A stretch of DNA of 64,000 nt, taken from NCBI GenBank assembly GCA_963723625.1, contig CAVRRK010000002.1:205668-269667 (forward strand), in the 5' to 3' direction. Below the pieces are notes generated by a model. It made no database searches. It saw only the letters and a list, made by a program, of their open reading frames with translations, and was not told where the DNA came from. A program made the translations under genes and the position numbers. This DNA is from an uncultured Alphaproteobacteria bacterium (GTDB taxonomy: Bacteria; Pseudomonadota; Alphaproteobacteria; Rhizobiales; Xanthobacteraceae). Positions within the stretch are counted from its first letter, which is position 1, and the number at the start of each line of letters is the position of its first letter. Positions 32,600 to 45,009 of this stretch are shown here, piece by piece.

Positions 32600-35500
32600 T
32601 TAAGAACACCCCGTCGTTGTTCCGCACGTGTCGCACTTCATGCAGGTGCCGTTGCGCACCAGCGAGAAGTGTCCGCACTCGCCGCACATTTCGCCCTCAT
32701 AGCCCTTGGCCTTGGCTTCGGCGCGGCGTTCGGCCTTTGACGGCGCGGCCTGTTGCGCCGTGAGTTGTCCCGATCCGGCGCGGCTCCATTGCAGCGCTTC
32801 GAGTTTTTCCGTCGGCGACAGATCGTGCTGCGCTTCCTGCTTCAGCGCGACCGCGCCTTCCAGGGTGTCGGAGACGCGGGAGGAGTGGGAAGCCGTCACG
32901 CGTGGCGACCCCTCACCCCGACCCTCTCCCGCAAGGGGAGAGGGAGAAGAGGAGGAGGGTGAAGAACCACCGCCCATAGCAACCACATTGTCGGTGCGGG
33001 AGCGCGTGATGCCCTTGGAGATGAACTTTGAGTTGTGCGCGGGCTCCGGCGCGCGGCCTTCCTCGACGCCCTTGCCGAGCGCGTCGAAATTCGAACTCGG
33101 TGGGATCGACATGCGCGAGATCGAAGCGCGACATGTAGCTGACCGCGAGCTCGCGGAACACATAGTCGAGGATCGAGGTCGCGTACTTGATGGAGTCGTT
33201 GCCCTGCACCGGGCCCGCGGGTTCGAAGCGGGTGAAGGTGAAGGCGTCGACATATTCCTCCAGCGGCACGCCGTATTGCAGGCCGAGCGACACCGCGATC
33301 GCGAAATTGTTGATGAACGATCGCAGTGCGGCGCCTTCCTTGTGCATGTCGATGAAGATCTCGCCGATGCGGCCGTCGTCATATTCGCCGGTGCGCAGAT
33401 AAACCTTGTGCCCGCCGACCACGGCCTTCTGCGTGTAGCCCTTGCGGCGATCCGGCATCTTCTCGCGCTCGCGCATGACAACGATGCGCTCGACGAGACG
33501 CTCGACGACCTTCTCCGAAAGCTGCGCCGTGCGCGCCGCCATCGGCTTGTCGTAGAACGCCGCCCGAATCTGCACGTCATCGTCCTCGTCATCATCGCTG
33601 ATGAGCTGCGAGTTCAGCGGCTGCGACAGCTTTGAGCCATCGCGGTAGAGCGCGTTGGCCTTCAGCGCCAGCTTCCACGACAGAAGATACGCGGACTTGC
33701 AATCCTCCACCGTGGCGTCGTTGGGCATGTTGATGGTCTTCGAGATCGCGCCCGAGATAAATGGCTGCGACGCCGCCATCATGCGGATGTGGCTCTCCAC
33801 CGAGAGATAGCGCTTGCCGATCTTGCCGCAGGGATTGGCGCAGTCGAACACGCTGTAGTGTTCGGCCTTCAGATGCGGCGCGCCTTCCACCGTCATCGCG
33901 CCGCAGATGTGGATGTTGGCGGCTTCGATCTCGCGCTTCGAGAAACCAACCGCGGCGAGCAGGTCGAAGCCGGGGGCTGCGATCGCTTCCGCGTCGAGCT
34001 TCAGCGTCTCGCGCAGATAGTCCTCGCCGAACGTCCATTTGTTGAACGCGAACTTGATGTCGAACGCGGTCGGCAGCGCGGCTTCGACCTTCTTCAGCGC
34101 TTCGTCGGTGAAGCCCTTTGGCCTTCAAGCGTGGAGACGTTGATCGCCGGCGCGTTGGAGAGCGAGCCGTGGCCGACGGCGTAGGCCTCGATCTCCGCGA
34201 TATCGCTCTCGCGATAGCCGAGCGTGCGCAGCGCCTCGGGCACGGCGCGGTTGATGATCTTCCAGTAGCCGCCGCCGGCGAGCTTCTTGAATTTCACCAG
34301 CGCGAAGTCAGGCTCGATGCCGGTGGTGTCGCAATCCATCACGAGGCCAATGGTGCCGGTCGGCGCCACCACGGAAACCTGCGCGTTGCGGTAGCCGTTG
34401 ATTTCGCCGAGCTCCAGCGCCTTGTCCCACGCCGCCTTGGCGTGTTCGACGATGTCGGCCTGCGGCACGCTGGCGTAATCCAGCGGCACCGGATTGACCG
34501 CCAGCGCTTCGTAGCCGCGGGATTCGCCATGCGCGGCGCGGCGATGGTTGCGGATCACGCGCAGCATATGGCCGGCGTTCTTCTTGTAGCCGGGGAAGGG
34601 GCCTAGCTCCCGGGCCATCTCGGCCGAGGTGGCGTAGCAGATGCCGGTCATCACAGCGCTCAGCGCGCCGCACAGCGCGCGGCCTTCCTTGCTGTCGTAG
34701 GAAAGCCCCATGGTCATCAGGAGGCCGCCGATGTTGGCGAAGCCCGAGACCCAGCGTGCGGAACTCGTAGGACAGCTCCGCGATCGCGCGGGATGGAAAC
34801 TGCGCCATCATCACGGAGATTTCGAGCACGATCGTCCACAACCGAACGGTGTGTTCGTAGGCGTCGATGTCGAATGTTTTCGCGCCGCCTTCCGCAGCAC
34901 TTCCATAAAACGTCAGCAGGTTGAGCGATGCCAGATTGCAGGCGGTGTCGTCGAGGAACATGTATTCCGAGCACGGATTGGACGCGCGGATATCGCCCGA
35001 CGATTTGCAGGTGTGCCAGTCGTTCATGGTGGTGTTGAAGTGCAGGCCGGGATCGGCGGAGGCCCAGGCGGCGTGGCCGATTTTCTCCCAGAGGTCGCGC
35101 GCATCGAGCGTCTTGGCGACCTTCTTGTTGGTGCGGTTGATCAGAATTCCATTTGCCGTCGGTTTCCACCGCGCGCAGGAAATCGTCCTTCAGCGAAACC
35201 GAGTTGTTGGAGTTCTGCGCCGGATACCGTGAGGTAGGCCTCCAAATCCCAATCGGTGTCGTAGGTCGGAAAATCGATCTCCTTGTAACCCTGCTTGGCG
35301 TACTGGATGACGCGCTTGATGACGTTGTCGGAAACCAGCGCGCGGCGCGCGAGTTTTATTTCGCGGCGCAAGGCAGGATTCTTCTCGGGGTCGAAGCAGT
35401 CATCGCCGCGAGCCTTCGCAATTCACGCAGGCCTTCAGCACGGCCTTGAGATGCTTCTGGTTGATCTTGGAGCCGGTCACGAGTGCGGCGACCTTCTGCT

Positions 35501-36405
35501 CTTCCTTCACCTTCCAGTCGATATAGGTCTCGATATCAGGATGGTCGGCGTCGACCACGACCATCTTCGCCGCGCGGCGCGTGGTGCCGCCGGACTTGAT
35601 CGCGCCCGGCGGCGCGGTCGCCGATTTTGAGGAAGCTCATCAAGCCCGACGATTTGCCGCCGCCGGAGAGGCGTTCGCCTTCGCCGCGCAGCCGCGAGAA
35701 GTTGGAGCCGGTGCCTGAGCCGTATTTGAACAGCCGGGCTTCACGCACCCAGAGGTCCATGATGCCGCCCTCGTTGACGAGATCGTCATTGATGCCCTGG
35801 ATGAAACAGGCGTGCGGCTGCGGATGCTCGTAGGAAGATTTCGATTTGGTCAGCTTGCCGGTAAAGGGATCGACATAGAAATGGCCCTGGCCGGGGCCGT
35901 CGACGCCGTAGGCCCAGTGCAAGCCCGTGTTGAACCATTGCGGGCTGTTGGGGGCGACCATCTGCTTGGCCAGCATGTAGCGCAGCTCGTCGTGGAAGGC
36001 GCGCGCGTCTTCTTCGGACGCGCCGAAGTAGCCGCCCTTCCAGCCCCAATAGGTCCAGCAGCCGGCGAGGCGGTCGAACACCTGCTTCGACGACAACTCG
36101 CTGACGTAGCGTTCCGCTTCGGGCAGCAGCGCGAGCGCCTCGGTGTCCGGCACCGAGCGCCACAGCCATGACGGCACGGTCTCTTCCTCGACCTTCTTCA
36201 GGCGCGCGGCGACGCCGGCTTTGCGGAAATACTTTTGCGCCAGAACGTCGGAGGCGACCTGCGACCAGAACTCCGGCACCTCGACATTTTCCAGGCGGAA
36301 CACCACGGAGCCATCGGGATTGCGAATTTCCGATGTCGTCAGCCGGAAATCAACGCCCGCGTAGGGTGACTGGCCTGATGTGGTGTAGCGCCGTTCAATT
36401 CGCAT
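32600..36405 (-). CDS. nrdJ: Class II (B12-dependent) ribonucleotide reductase (multiple frameshifts)
   Basis: [48 protein letters not shown]-terminal CGECG..CDTCG..GCS. Confidence 0.95.
32909..32946. repeat. Palindromic repeat inserted in-frame in nrdJ
   Basis: cccctcaccccgaccctctcccgcaaggggagagggag hairpin; reads [13 protein letters not shown] in the NrdJ frame. Confidence 0.7.
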
Positions 36406-36713
36406 GGTCGTGCCCCATTCTGGTAACCGGACCGCTGCTCGCGATGCCCGGTGAATTTCCTTGAGCGAACGCTGCGCCACCTCCGGTGGTCTGCATTCGC
36501 AGTTCGCCGGTAGACCCGGCCTATCCCCTGAACTAACGCCTCAACTTATACGTCGAGCCATTTTGGCTCTGTTTTCGTGCCCCAACAGGGTTCGGAATTG
36601 AGGGCAAACAAGCCCGTCACCCCTGCCTCTTACCGGCAAGTGGAGTGGTCGTTCCAGAACCCTTGAAGGGAGTGTCCGGCGGGACTTCAAACTGACCGAA
36701 CCGAACGATTTAA

Positions 36714-36742
36714 AACTAGGCCAACTCCCTTGCACCCGTCAA
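36714..36742 (-). promoter_or_regulatory. Probable nrdJ promoter TTGACG-N17-CTAGTT
   Basis: Fits the alphaproteobacterial CTTGAC-N17-CTAnnT pattern, about 300 nt upstream of the nrdJ start. Confidence 0.55.
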
Positions 36743-36767
36743 GCACTAGTACGGGTTCCCTAATCAA

Positions 36768-36783
36768 ATACTAAATATGGTGT
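36768..36783. promoter_or_regulatory. NrdR box
   Basis: Minus strand acaccatatttagtat resembles the NrdR consensus; lies upstream of an RNR gene. Confidence 0.65.
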
Positions 36784-37038
36784 AAAACCGGGATAACCAA
36801 GGGGTCAGACCGCATCTTGATCGCCACCAAGTATCAGTGAGTCCTCAGGGATTCCCAAGCGAAAAAATAATTTTCGACGTCAACAAAATCGACCTGCGCC
36901 CGCTGTTCACAGGGAAGTATTTTTCGCGGGCGAGGGGTTGCGTTTGCGGAGACTCAGGCGGTGCGACCCTTGGACGCCAGCGGTGCAGCGCCGCGCCCTT
37001 TATGGTAGCCCAATACGATCAGGCGCAGGGCGAGACGA

Positions 37039-40000
37039 ATGACCGCGCATCGGGGAGACTTCAGTGAGCCGATCTCGGCGGCAATATTGCCGAGCTGGAG
37101 CTGCAACTCCGCGCGATCACGGCCGAACGCGACGAGGCGCTGGAGCGGCAGACCGCAACCGCCGAAATTCTGAAAGTCATCGCGAGTTCGCCGTCGGACG
37201 TGCAGCCGGTATTCGATGCGATCGCGGAAAGATCGAACCGGCTGATCAGGGGTCTTTCGACAGCCGTGTACAGTCTCGTCGACGGACACGATGCATCTGA
37301 TGGCATTTACACGAACCAGCCCCGAAGCCGATGCAACATTGCAGGCGTCATTTCCCCGACCGTTGTCCGAGGCCGCGTGGGCTGATCCGATCCGCAAAGG
37401 CGAGATTGCTGAGATAGCCGATGTGCAAGTTGAATGGGCCGATCAACCATGGTTGCAGGAATTAGCGCGATTGCGCGGATTCCATAGCCTGATCTTCGTT
37501 CCGCTGCTGCGTAATCAAGCCACCATTGGGATCATCAGCGTTACGCGGGCAAAGTCAGGGAAATTTTCTGCCCATCATGTGCAGCTGCTGCAGACTTTCG
37601 CGGATCAGGCGGTGATCGCGATCGAGAACGCGCGGCTGTTCAACGAAACCAAAGAGGCGTTGGAGCAGCAGAAGGCTTCCGCGGACATCCTGAACGTCAT
37701 CAGCAACTCGGTCGCCGACCCCCAGCCGGTGTTCGACGCGATATTGCGAAGCATCGAGCATCTGTTCAGCGCCGACGAGCGCTTCGTCTTCCTGGTGGGC
37801 GAAGACGGCCTGCTGCATATCGCCGCCGTGCATGGCCCCAATGTCGAACGCACTCGCGCGCTGTTTCCGGTGCCGCTGCAGGGAAGCGCGAGTGAGATCG
37901 CGATCCGTGAACGTCGGCTGGTAAGTCATGCCGACGTCTTCAACGGCCCGGACGTACCTCCCGTACTGCGGGAGACCGCTCACCGTTTCGGAAAAAACTA
38001 TTCGATCGCCGTCGCGCCGATGTTGTGGGAAGACCGTGCCATCGGCTCGATCCTCGTAGGTCGCACCTCAATGGTGCCCTTCAGCGAAAAGGAATGCACG
38101 CTGCTGCGCTCCTTCGCCGATCAGGCTGTCATCGCGATTCAGAACGCGCGGATGTTCAACGAGACGCGGGAGGCACTCGAGCGGCAGACCGCCACCGCCG
38201 ACATTCTGAAAGTCATCGCGAGTTCGCCATCCGACGTGCAGCCGGTGTTCGAAGCCATTGCGGAGAGATCGAAGCGGCTGGTCGACGCGTTGTCTACCAC
38301 GGTGTTCCGGCTAGAGGATGGCATGATGCATCTGAAGGCTTTTACACCACAGGCCCGGAAGCCGATGCATCGCTGAAAACTATGTTTCCCGCTCCGCTTT
38401 CAAACTTCAGCTGGGGCGCGGCGATTGGCAATGGCGAGATTTACCGGGTGGTCGATACCGACCTCGAAATCGAAAGTCTGCGCGACCTCGCGCGGCTGCG
38501 CGGATTTCGAAGCATGCTGTTCGTCCCGCTGTTGGGCGACGGAAAGCCCATCGGCCTGATTGCCGTTACCCGGGTTGAGCCTGGCCCGTTCTTAGAACAT
38601 CATGTCCAGTTGTTGCAGACGTTCGCCGATCAAGCCGTCATCGCCATCGAAAATGTGCGGCTGTTCGACGAGGTGCAGGCGCGAACAAGAGATCTGAGCG
38701 AATCCTTGCAGCAGCAGACCGCGACCGCCGACGTGCTGAAGGTCATCAGCCGCTCGACGTTCGATTTGCAGGTGGTGCTCGATACGCTGACGGAATCGGC
38801 GGCGCGGCTTTGCGGAGCCGACATGGCTTCCATCGGCCGGCAGGGCGAGGACGGTTACTACCACGCGACCAACTATAACCTGCCGGCTGATTGGATTGAG
38901 CTGACAAAATCCGTACGCCTCGTACCTGGGCGGGAAAGCTTGATAGGCCGGGCTCTTATGGAGTCGACTGCCGTACAGATCGAGGATGTTCAGGCGGATC
39001 CGGAGTATGCCTTCAGCGATTTCCAAAAAGCCGCGGGATACAGGACGCTTCTTGGCGTTCCCCTTTTGCGCGCAGGCCAACCTATCGGGGTGCTCTTCCT
39101 AGGCCGCAAGAACGTGGAGTTGTTCACGGACAAACAAATAGAGCTTGTCTCCACCTTCGCCGACCAGGCCGTCATCGCCATCGAGAATGTCCGGTTGTTC
39201 GACGAAGTGCAGGCGCGCACGCGCGACTTGACCGAGTCGCTTCAACAGCAGACCGCTGTGGGCGACGTGCTGAAAACCATCAGCCGCTCGACGTTCGATC
39301 TGCAGCCGGTACTCGACACGCTGGTCGAAACGGCGGCGCGATTGTGCGATACCGAGATGGCATTCATCCTGCGCCGCGAGGGCGATTTGTACCGCGCCGG
39401 CGCCGCTGTCGGCTTCTCCAAGGAATACATCGAATTTCTCAAACAGCATCCGATCAGCGCGGATCGAGGCACCGTCACGGGGCGCGTTGCCCTCGATCGC
39501 CACACGGTGCAGATACTCGATGTTGCCGCCGACCCCGAATACACCATGAGCGAATCCGTGGCATTGGCGGGTCAGCGCACGGCGCTTGGCGTGCCGCTAT
39601 TGCGCGAGAACGAACTGATCGGGGTGATCGTGCTCGCGCGCCAGCGCGTGGAGGCGTTTACTGCGAAACAGATTGAGCTGGTCACGACTTTTGCCGATCA
39701 GGCGGTGATTGCGATCGAGAACGTGCGTTTGTTCGATGAAGTCCGGCAGCGAACCGACGATCTCAGCGAATCCTTGCAGCAGCAGACCGCGACATCTGAA
39801 GTGCTCAAGGTCATCAGCCGTTCGGCCTTCGATCTGCAGCCGGTACTGACAACGCTGGTCGAGTCGGCGGCGAGATTATGCAATGCGGACAAGGCATTCA
39901 TCTTCCAGCGCGACGGGCAGATTTACAGGTTGGCGGTCAACTACGGGTTTTCAAGTGAATTCGAGGAGTATGCGCGGCAAAACCCAATGTCGCCTGGGCG

Positions 40001-42237
40001 AGGAACGATCACCGGCCGGGCTGCGCTGGAAGGTCAGACGATTCACATACCGGACGTTCTCGCCGATCCGGAATATGACGGCATCGGATATCAGTCCCTC
40101 GGCCATTATCGCAGTGGCCTCGGCGTTCCACTGTTGAGAGGCGGCGAGACGATCGGCATTTTTACCCTCACGCGACCCGAGGTAAATCCGTTCACCGACA
40201 AGCAGATCGAGTTGGTGACTACCTTTGCCGATCAGGCCGTCATAGCGATCGAGAACGTTCGATTATTCGAAGAGGTTCAAGCGCGCACCGAAGACTTGCG
40301 TGAATCGCTTCAACAACAGACGGCCACCGCCGACGTGCTCAAGGTCATCAGCCGCTCGACGTTCGATTTGCAGTCGTGCTGGATACGCTGGTCGAATCGG
40401 CGGCCCGGCTATGCGACGCCGACAAGGCATTCATCTTCAAGCGCGAAAGGCGAAGTCTACGATGGTCGGCGAAAGCTTCGGCAATTCGCCGGGAGCTAGC
40501 AGCTTCTGCAAAGCCGAATCCGTTCCGGCCCGGACGATGCGGTGATCATCGGCCGCGCTGGCGCTGGAGGGCAGTACAGTTCACGTTCCCGACGTGCTGG
40601 CAGACCCTGAATACGACCAGCGCCATACCAGAAGCTCGGCGGTTATCGAGCGATCTCGGCGTGCCGCTGCTGCGCGAGGGGAGCCAATTGGCGTATTCGC
40701 TCTGACGCGCCACGAGGTCCGAGCCGTTCACCGACAAACAGATCGAACTGGTGCAGACCTTCGCCGATCAGGCGGTGATCGCGATCGAAAACGTGCGGCT
40801 GTTCGACGAGGTGCAGGCGCGGACCGCGGAATTGAGCGAACTCGCTGCAGCAGCAGACCGCAACGGCTGACGTGCTGAAGGTCATCAGCCGCTCGACATT
40901 CGATCTACAAGCTGTATTTGAAACGCTCGTGTACATCCGCCACGCAACTCTGCGGCGCCGATGCTAGGCTACCATATCTGGTTGCGCAAGAACGATTTGT
41001 TTTACAGCAGCGCGGCCGCAGGCTTCACGTCCCGAACAAACAGCATTTTTCAAAGATAATCCCAGATAGCATCCACGACAAGTCGCTGGCTCCGAGAGTG
41101 TTGCGTTGAGCGTCAGACCGAGCATATTCCCGATCTGTCGCTGGATCCGGAGTTCGCCTTTCCTGGCATGTCGGACTGTGCCGTTTCGAGCATGCTCGGC
41201 GTTCCGCTTGCTACGCGAACGGACGTTGATTGAGGGCGTGTTCACGCTTCGTCGCGCGAAGCTTGCGCCATTCACGTCAACGCCAAATCGAACTCGTTAC
41301 AGACCTTCGCCGACCAAGCCGTCATCGCCATCGAGAACGTGCGGCTTGTTCGACGAGGTGCAGGCGCGCACCGAAGAGCTCGCGGCTTCCCTCGAAAATT
41401 TGCGCACCGCGCAGGATCGCCTCGTGCAGACCGAGAAGCTTGCTTCGCTGGGGCAACTCACCGCCGGCATCGCGCATGAAATCAAGAACCCGCTCAATTT
41501 CGTCAATAATTTTGCGGCGCTCTCGGCGGAGCTGACCGATGAACTCAACGAAGTGCTCAAGCCCGTCGCGCTTGCCGACAAGATGCGGGGCGAGATCGAC
41601 GAACTTACGCGGATGCTGAAAGACAATCTCGAAAAGGTCGTGCAGCACGGCAAGCGCGCCGAACTCGATCGTCAAGAACATGCTGCTGCATTCGCGCGAG
41701 GGTTCGGGTGATCATCGGCCTGCCGATATCAACGCGCTGCTGGACGAGAGCCTCAACCTTGCCTATCACGGCGCGCGGGCAGAGAAGCCCGACTTCAATG
41801 TGACGCTGCAGCGAGACTTCGACGAAAGCGCCGGCATGGTCGAATTGTTTCCGCAGGAAATCACCCGCGCCTTCCTGAATTTGATCTCGAACGGATTTTA
41901 TGCGACCGCCAAGCGCAAGACTGAATCCGCGCATTCAGGTTTCGAACCGATGCTGCAGGCGACCACGAAAAACATCGGAAACGGCGTCGAGATCCGCATT
42001 CGCGATAACGGTACGGGCATTCCCGCCGAGGTGAAGGAAAAGATGTTCAATCCGTTCTTCACGACGAAGCCGGCGGGCGAGGGGACCGGGCTTGGTCTCT
42101 CGATGAGCCACGACATCATCGTCAAACAGCATGGCGGCACGATTGATGTCGAGACGCAGCCCGGACAATTCACGGAGTTCAAAATCGTGCTGCCGAGGAC
42201 AAGCAACATTCAGGACAGGAAGCGGGGTCAAACGTGA
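37039..42237 (+). CDS. Cytoplasmic multi-GAF (8 repeats) sensor histidine kinase (many frameshifts; start approximate)
   Basis: Eight FADQAVIAI(E/Q)N signatures with [13 protein letters not shown]-type linkers; [15 protein letters not shown]-box; [15 protein letters not shown]. Confidence 0.88.
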
Positions 42238-42623
42238 GCGTGCTGGTTCTTGTCGTCGACGACGAGCCCGACGTCGAAGCGCTGTTTCGCCAGCAGTTTC
42301 GGCGAGACTTGCGCGCGCAACGCTTCATCATGGATTTTGCAAGCTCGGCACCCGATGCGCTGGCGCGCGTTGCCAGTTCGATCGAACAATCGCTGATCCT
42401 GATTCTGTCCGACATCAACATGCCCGGCATGACGGGTCTGGAAATGCTGCCGAAGGTCAAGGAATTGCGGCCCGATGTTCCCGTCATCATGATCACGGCC
42501 TACGGCGATCCCGAGACCAAGCGGAAAGCCATCGAAGGCGGCGCAACGGGATTGCTGACCAAGCCGATCGACTTCGTGCTGCTGCGCGAGGAGATCGACA
42601 CCCGGCTTCAACCGGCCGAGTGA
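42234..42623 (+). CDS. Single-domain response regulator
   Basis: VVDDE, LSDINMPGMTG, TAYGD, LTKP; overlaps the kinase stop (GTGA). Confidence 0.93.
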   Translation: MSVLVLVVDDEPDVEALFRQQFRRDLRAQRFIMDFASSAPDALARVASSIEQSLILILSDINMPGMTGLEMLPKVKELRPDVPVIMITAYGDPETKRKAIEGGATGLLTKPIDFVLLREEIDTRLQPAE

Positions 42624-42701
42624 ACGGGTTCTAGGTCGCAATTTCCCTGACCCCATCCCTTCCTGACCATCGGCGGCGTGGCGTTAACGTCCGCGTCATA
42701 C

Positions 42702-42732
42702 GAAAAACGGCGCACCGAAGTGCGCCGTTTTC
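42702..42732. terminator. Rho-independent terminator between convergent genes
   Basis: gaaaaacggcgcac-cgaa-gtgcgccgttttc. Confidence 0.75.
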
Positions 42733-42754
42733 AGGAATTGTGGAGCGTGGACGA

Positions 42755-43336
42755 TTACGGGCAGGGGTGCCGCAATCCGTCATATCCGAGATAAGTGCCC
42801 GACGCCGGGTCGTACGAACGATAGGTCTGCACGCAATAGGCATCGTCATCGCCGCCGACCACGCCGGGAGACACTGCCACCGCGCCATCGTCATACGGCT
42901 CATCGTAATAGCCGTAGCTGTCATAGTAGCCCGGCGCGTAGTAGCCGCTTTGCGAGGCCAGCGCGCCGCCGATCACCGCGCCTGCGACTGCGCCGGGAAC
43001 AAACCCGCCACCGCCCCGACGATGTCCGCCGCTATACCCGCCGTGATAATTTCCGCCGCCGCCATTGAAGCGCGGGCCGGCCGCAGCCGCGCCACCAGCG
43101 AAACGTCCACCGCCGCCGCGGAACTGAGCTGCCCCGCCTCCGCCGGCCCGCATACCGCCACCGCCTCTAAAGCCGCCGCCACCGCCGCCCGCGCGCATTC
43201 CACCGCCCCCGCTGCGGGCATGAGCTCCACCACCTGCGTGGCCGGCAGGAGCCTGCGCAAAGCTAAGGGTGGGCGCGACAAGGGGCGTAACAAGCGCTAA
43301 AACGGCGGCGACGCTTAAAGCCTTTAGACGGGTCAT
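42755..43336 (-). CDS. BA14K family protein
   Basis: Signal peptide, Gly-rich region, YCVQTYRSYDPASGTYLGYDGLRHPCP. Confidence 0.92.
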   Translation of the reverse strand: MTRLKALSVAAVLALVTPLVAPTLSFAQAPAGHAGGGAHARSGGGGMRAGGGGGGFRGGGGMRAGGGGAAQFRGGGGRFAGGAAAAGPRFNGGGGNYHGGYSGGHRRGGGGFVPGAVAGAVIGGALASQSGYYAPGYYDSYGYYDEPYDDGAVAVSPGVVGGDDDAYCVQTYRSYDPASGTYLGYDGLRHPCP

Positions 43337-43583
43337 CTTCGCAACTCCATAATCGAGATACCGGGCAAACCACGTGCGAGGTGAGACGTTCCCGAACGCT
43401 GCACCTTTCGCGCATTTCAACAGATTGTGTGATTGAGACTGTATGCAGCGTGAATGCATTGCGCCGAAATCGCGACTTTTGATCGCCGATATTGCGCTAT
43501 TGAGAGCGATGTGACGGCGCAACTGGACAATCCGCCGAACCGGTGCCATCAGGACTGCAGCATCCAATCGAACTGGCGACCCG

Positions 43584-43994
43584 ATGAAACTGTTCCTGCT
43601 GAAAATGTTCACATGGTGGAGCGGCCAGACTTTCGGCACGCAGTTATGGACATGGCGCTTCGGCGAACTGGTCGGCGAAGACGAGCAGGGCAATCGCTAC
43701 TTCCGCACCAAGGGCCGCAAGATAGACCCCACGCTCGGATTCGAGCGGCGCTGGGTGGTCTACAACGGTTACGCCGAGGCCAGCAAAGTGCCCCCGTCAT
43801 GGCACGGCTGGCTGCATCACACCGTCGACATCGCGCCGACCGAAGAGAGTTACGTTGCGCGCGAATGGGAGAAGCCGCATGTTCCCAACATGACGGGAAC
43901 GCCCGCGGCTTACCGGCCCGAAGGCTCAACGCTGGCGAGCGGCCGCCGCCCCAAGGCCACCGGCGATTATCAGCCGTGGACGCCCGGACGGTAA
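43584..43994 (+). CDS. NADH:ubiquinone oxidoreductase subunit NDUFA12 family protein
   Basis: VGEDEQGNRYF, RRWVVY, VPPSWHGWLH, PNMTGT. Confidence 0.92.
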   Translation: MKLFLLKMFTWWSGQTFGTQLWTWRFGELVGEDEQGNRYFRTKGRKIDPTLGFERRWVVYNGYAEASKVPPSWHGWLHHTVDIAPTEESYVAREWEKPHVPNMTGTPAAYRPEGSTLASGRRPKATGDYQPWTPGR

Positions 43995-44013
43995 GCGCGC
44001 TGCTTGCGGTTAG

Positions 44014-44964
44014 CTACGTCTCACCCAACCCCTTCAGCCATTTGCCGATCTCGCCGATCAACTCGTTCGCCTTCGGCAGTAACTTCCCCATGGTAATGAA
44101 CGCGTGAAACTGTCCGGGATAATCGAGATGCGTCACCGGGACGCCAGCTTCCTTTAGCCGCCGCGCAAACTCGTCGCCCTCATCGTGTAGCGGATCGGCG
44201 CCCGCGGTCAGCACGAATGCCGGCGGCAAATCCTTCAGATTGGCCATCCGAAGCGGTGACACGCGCCAATCGTCGATCTGTGCCGGGTCTGCAAGATAGT
44301 GATCCCTAAACCAGCGCATCATCGAATGCGTCAGCAACACGCCGGTGTCCGGGTCGTGATGAGAGGCATGGGTCATCGCGAGGTCGGTGACGGGATAAAC
44401 CAACACCTGTCCGCGGAGCGTGGCCCGCGCCTGTCGCGCGCGTGCATGGCGACCACCGCGGCGAGATTGCCGCCGGCGCTGTCGCCACCGACGAACAACT
44501 TATCTGCGTCGATACCAAGTTTGTCGGCGTTGGCAGCAACCCAATCCGTCGCCGCAAGCGAGTCGTCGAGTGCTGCCGGGAATTTATCCTCCGGCGCGAG
44601 GCGGTAGTCGACCGCGGCAATGATCAGGCCCGCTTCGGTAGCGATCTGGCGGCAGACGACATCATGACTTTCAAGATCGCCGATAACCCAGCCGCCGCCG
44701 TGATAAAACACCAGGCCTGCTGCAAGACCGATATTCGGCTAGGGTCAGCGGTTTGTAGATGCGAACCGGTATGACGCCGTGGGGTGCCGGTACCATCACA
44801 TTTTCCACAGAAGCCATGTCCGGTGGTTCGGGCTGCACCGCAGCGCGTCCCTGCCGTGACAACTCACGCGCCTCGATGGGCGGAAGCGTATCGTACGCGG
44901 GCCGATCGGCTTCCTGCATCGCCCTGAACACGAAGGCGGCGTCGGGATCGAGTTTGACTGGCAT
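44014..44964 (-). CDS. Alpha/beta hydrolase (HSL-type esterase; frameshifted)
   Basis: HGGGW, DYRLAPE, GDSAGG, DPLHDEG, QFHAF. Confidence 0.9.
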
Positions 44965-45009
44965 TGTGAGACCTTTGTTGCTTCTGGCCGAATGGTCTGG
45001 GACGGAAAT

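Noticed and set aside
37130-41400. Regularly recurring conserved DNA blocks as a CRISPR-like or DGR array
   Set aside because: Period of about 500-540 nt, and the blocks encode GAF linker helices
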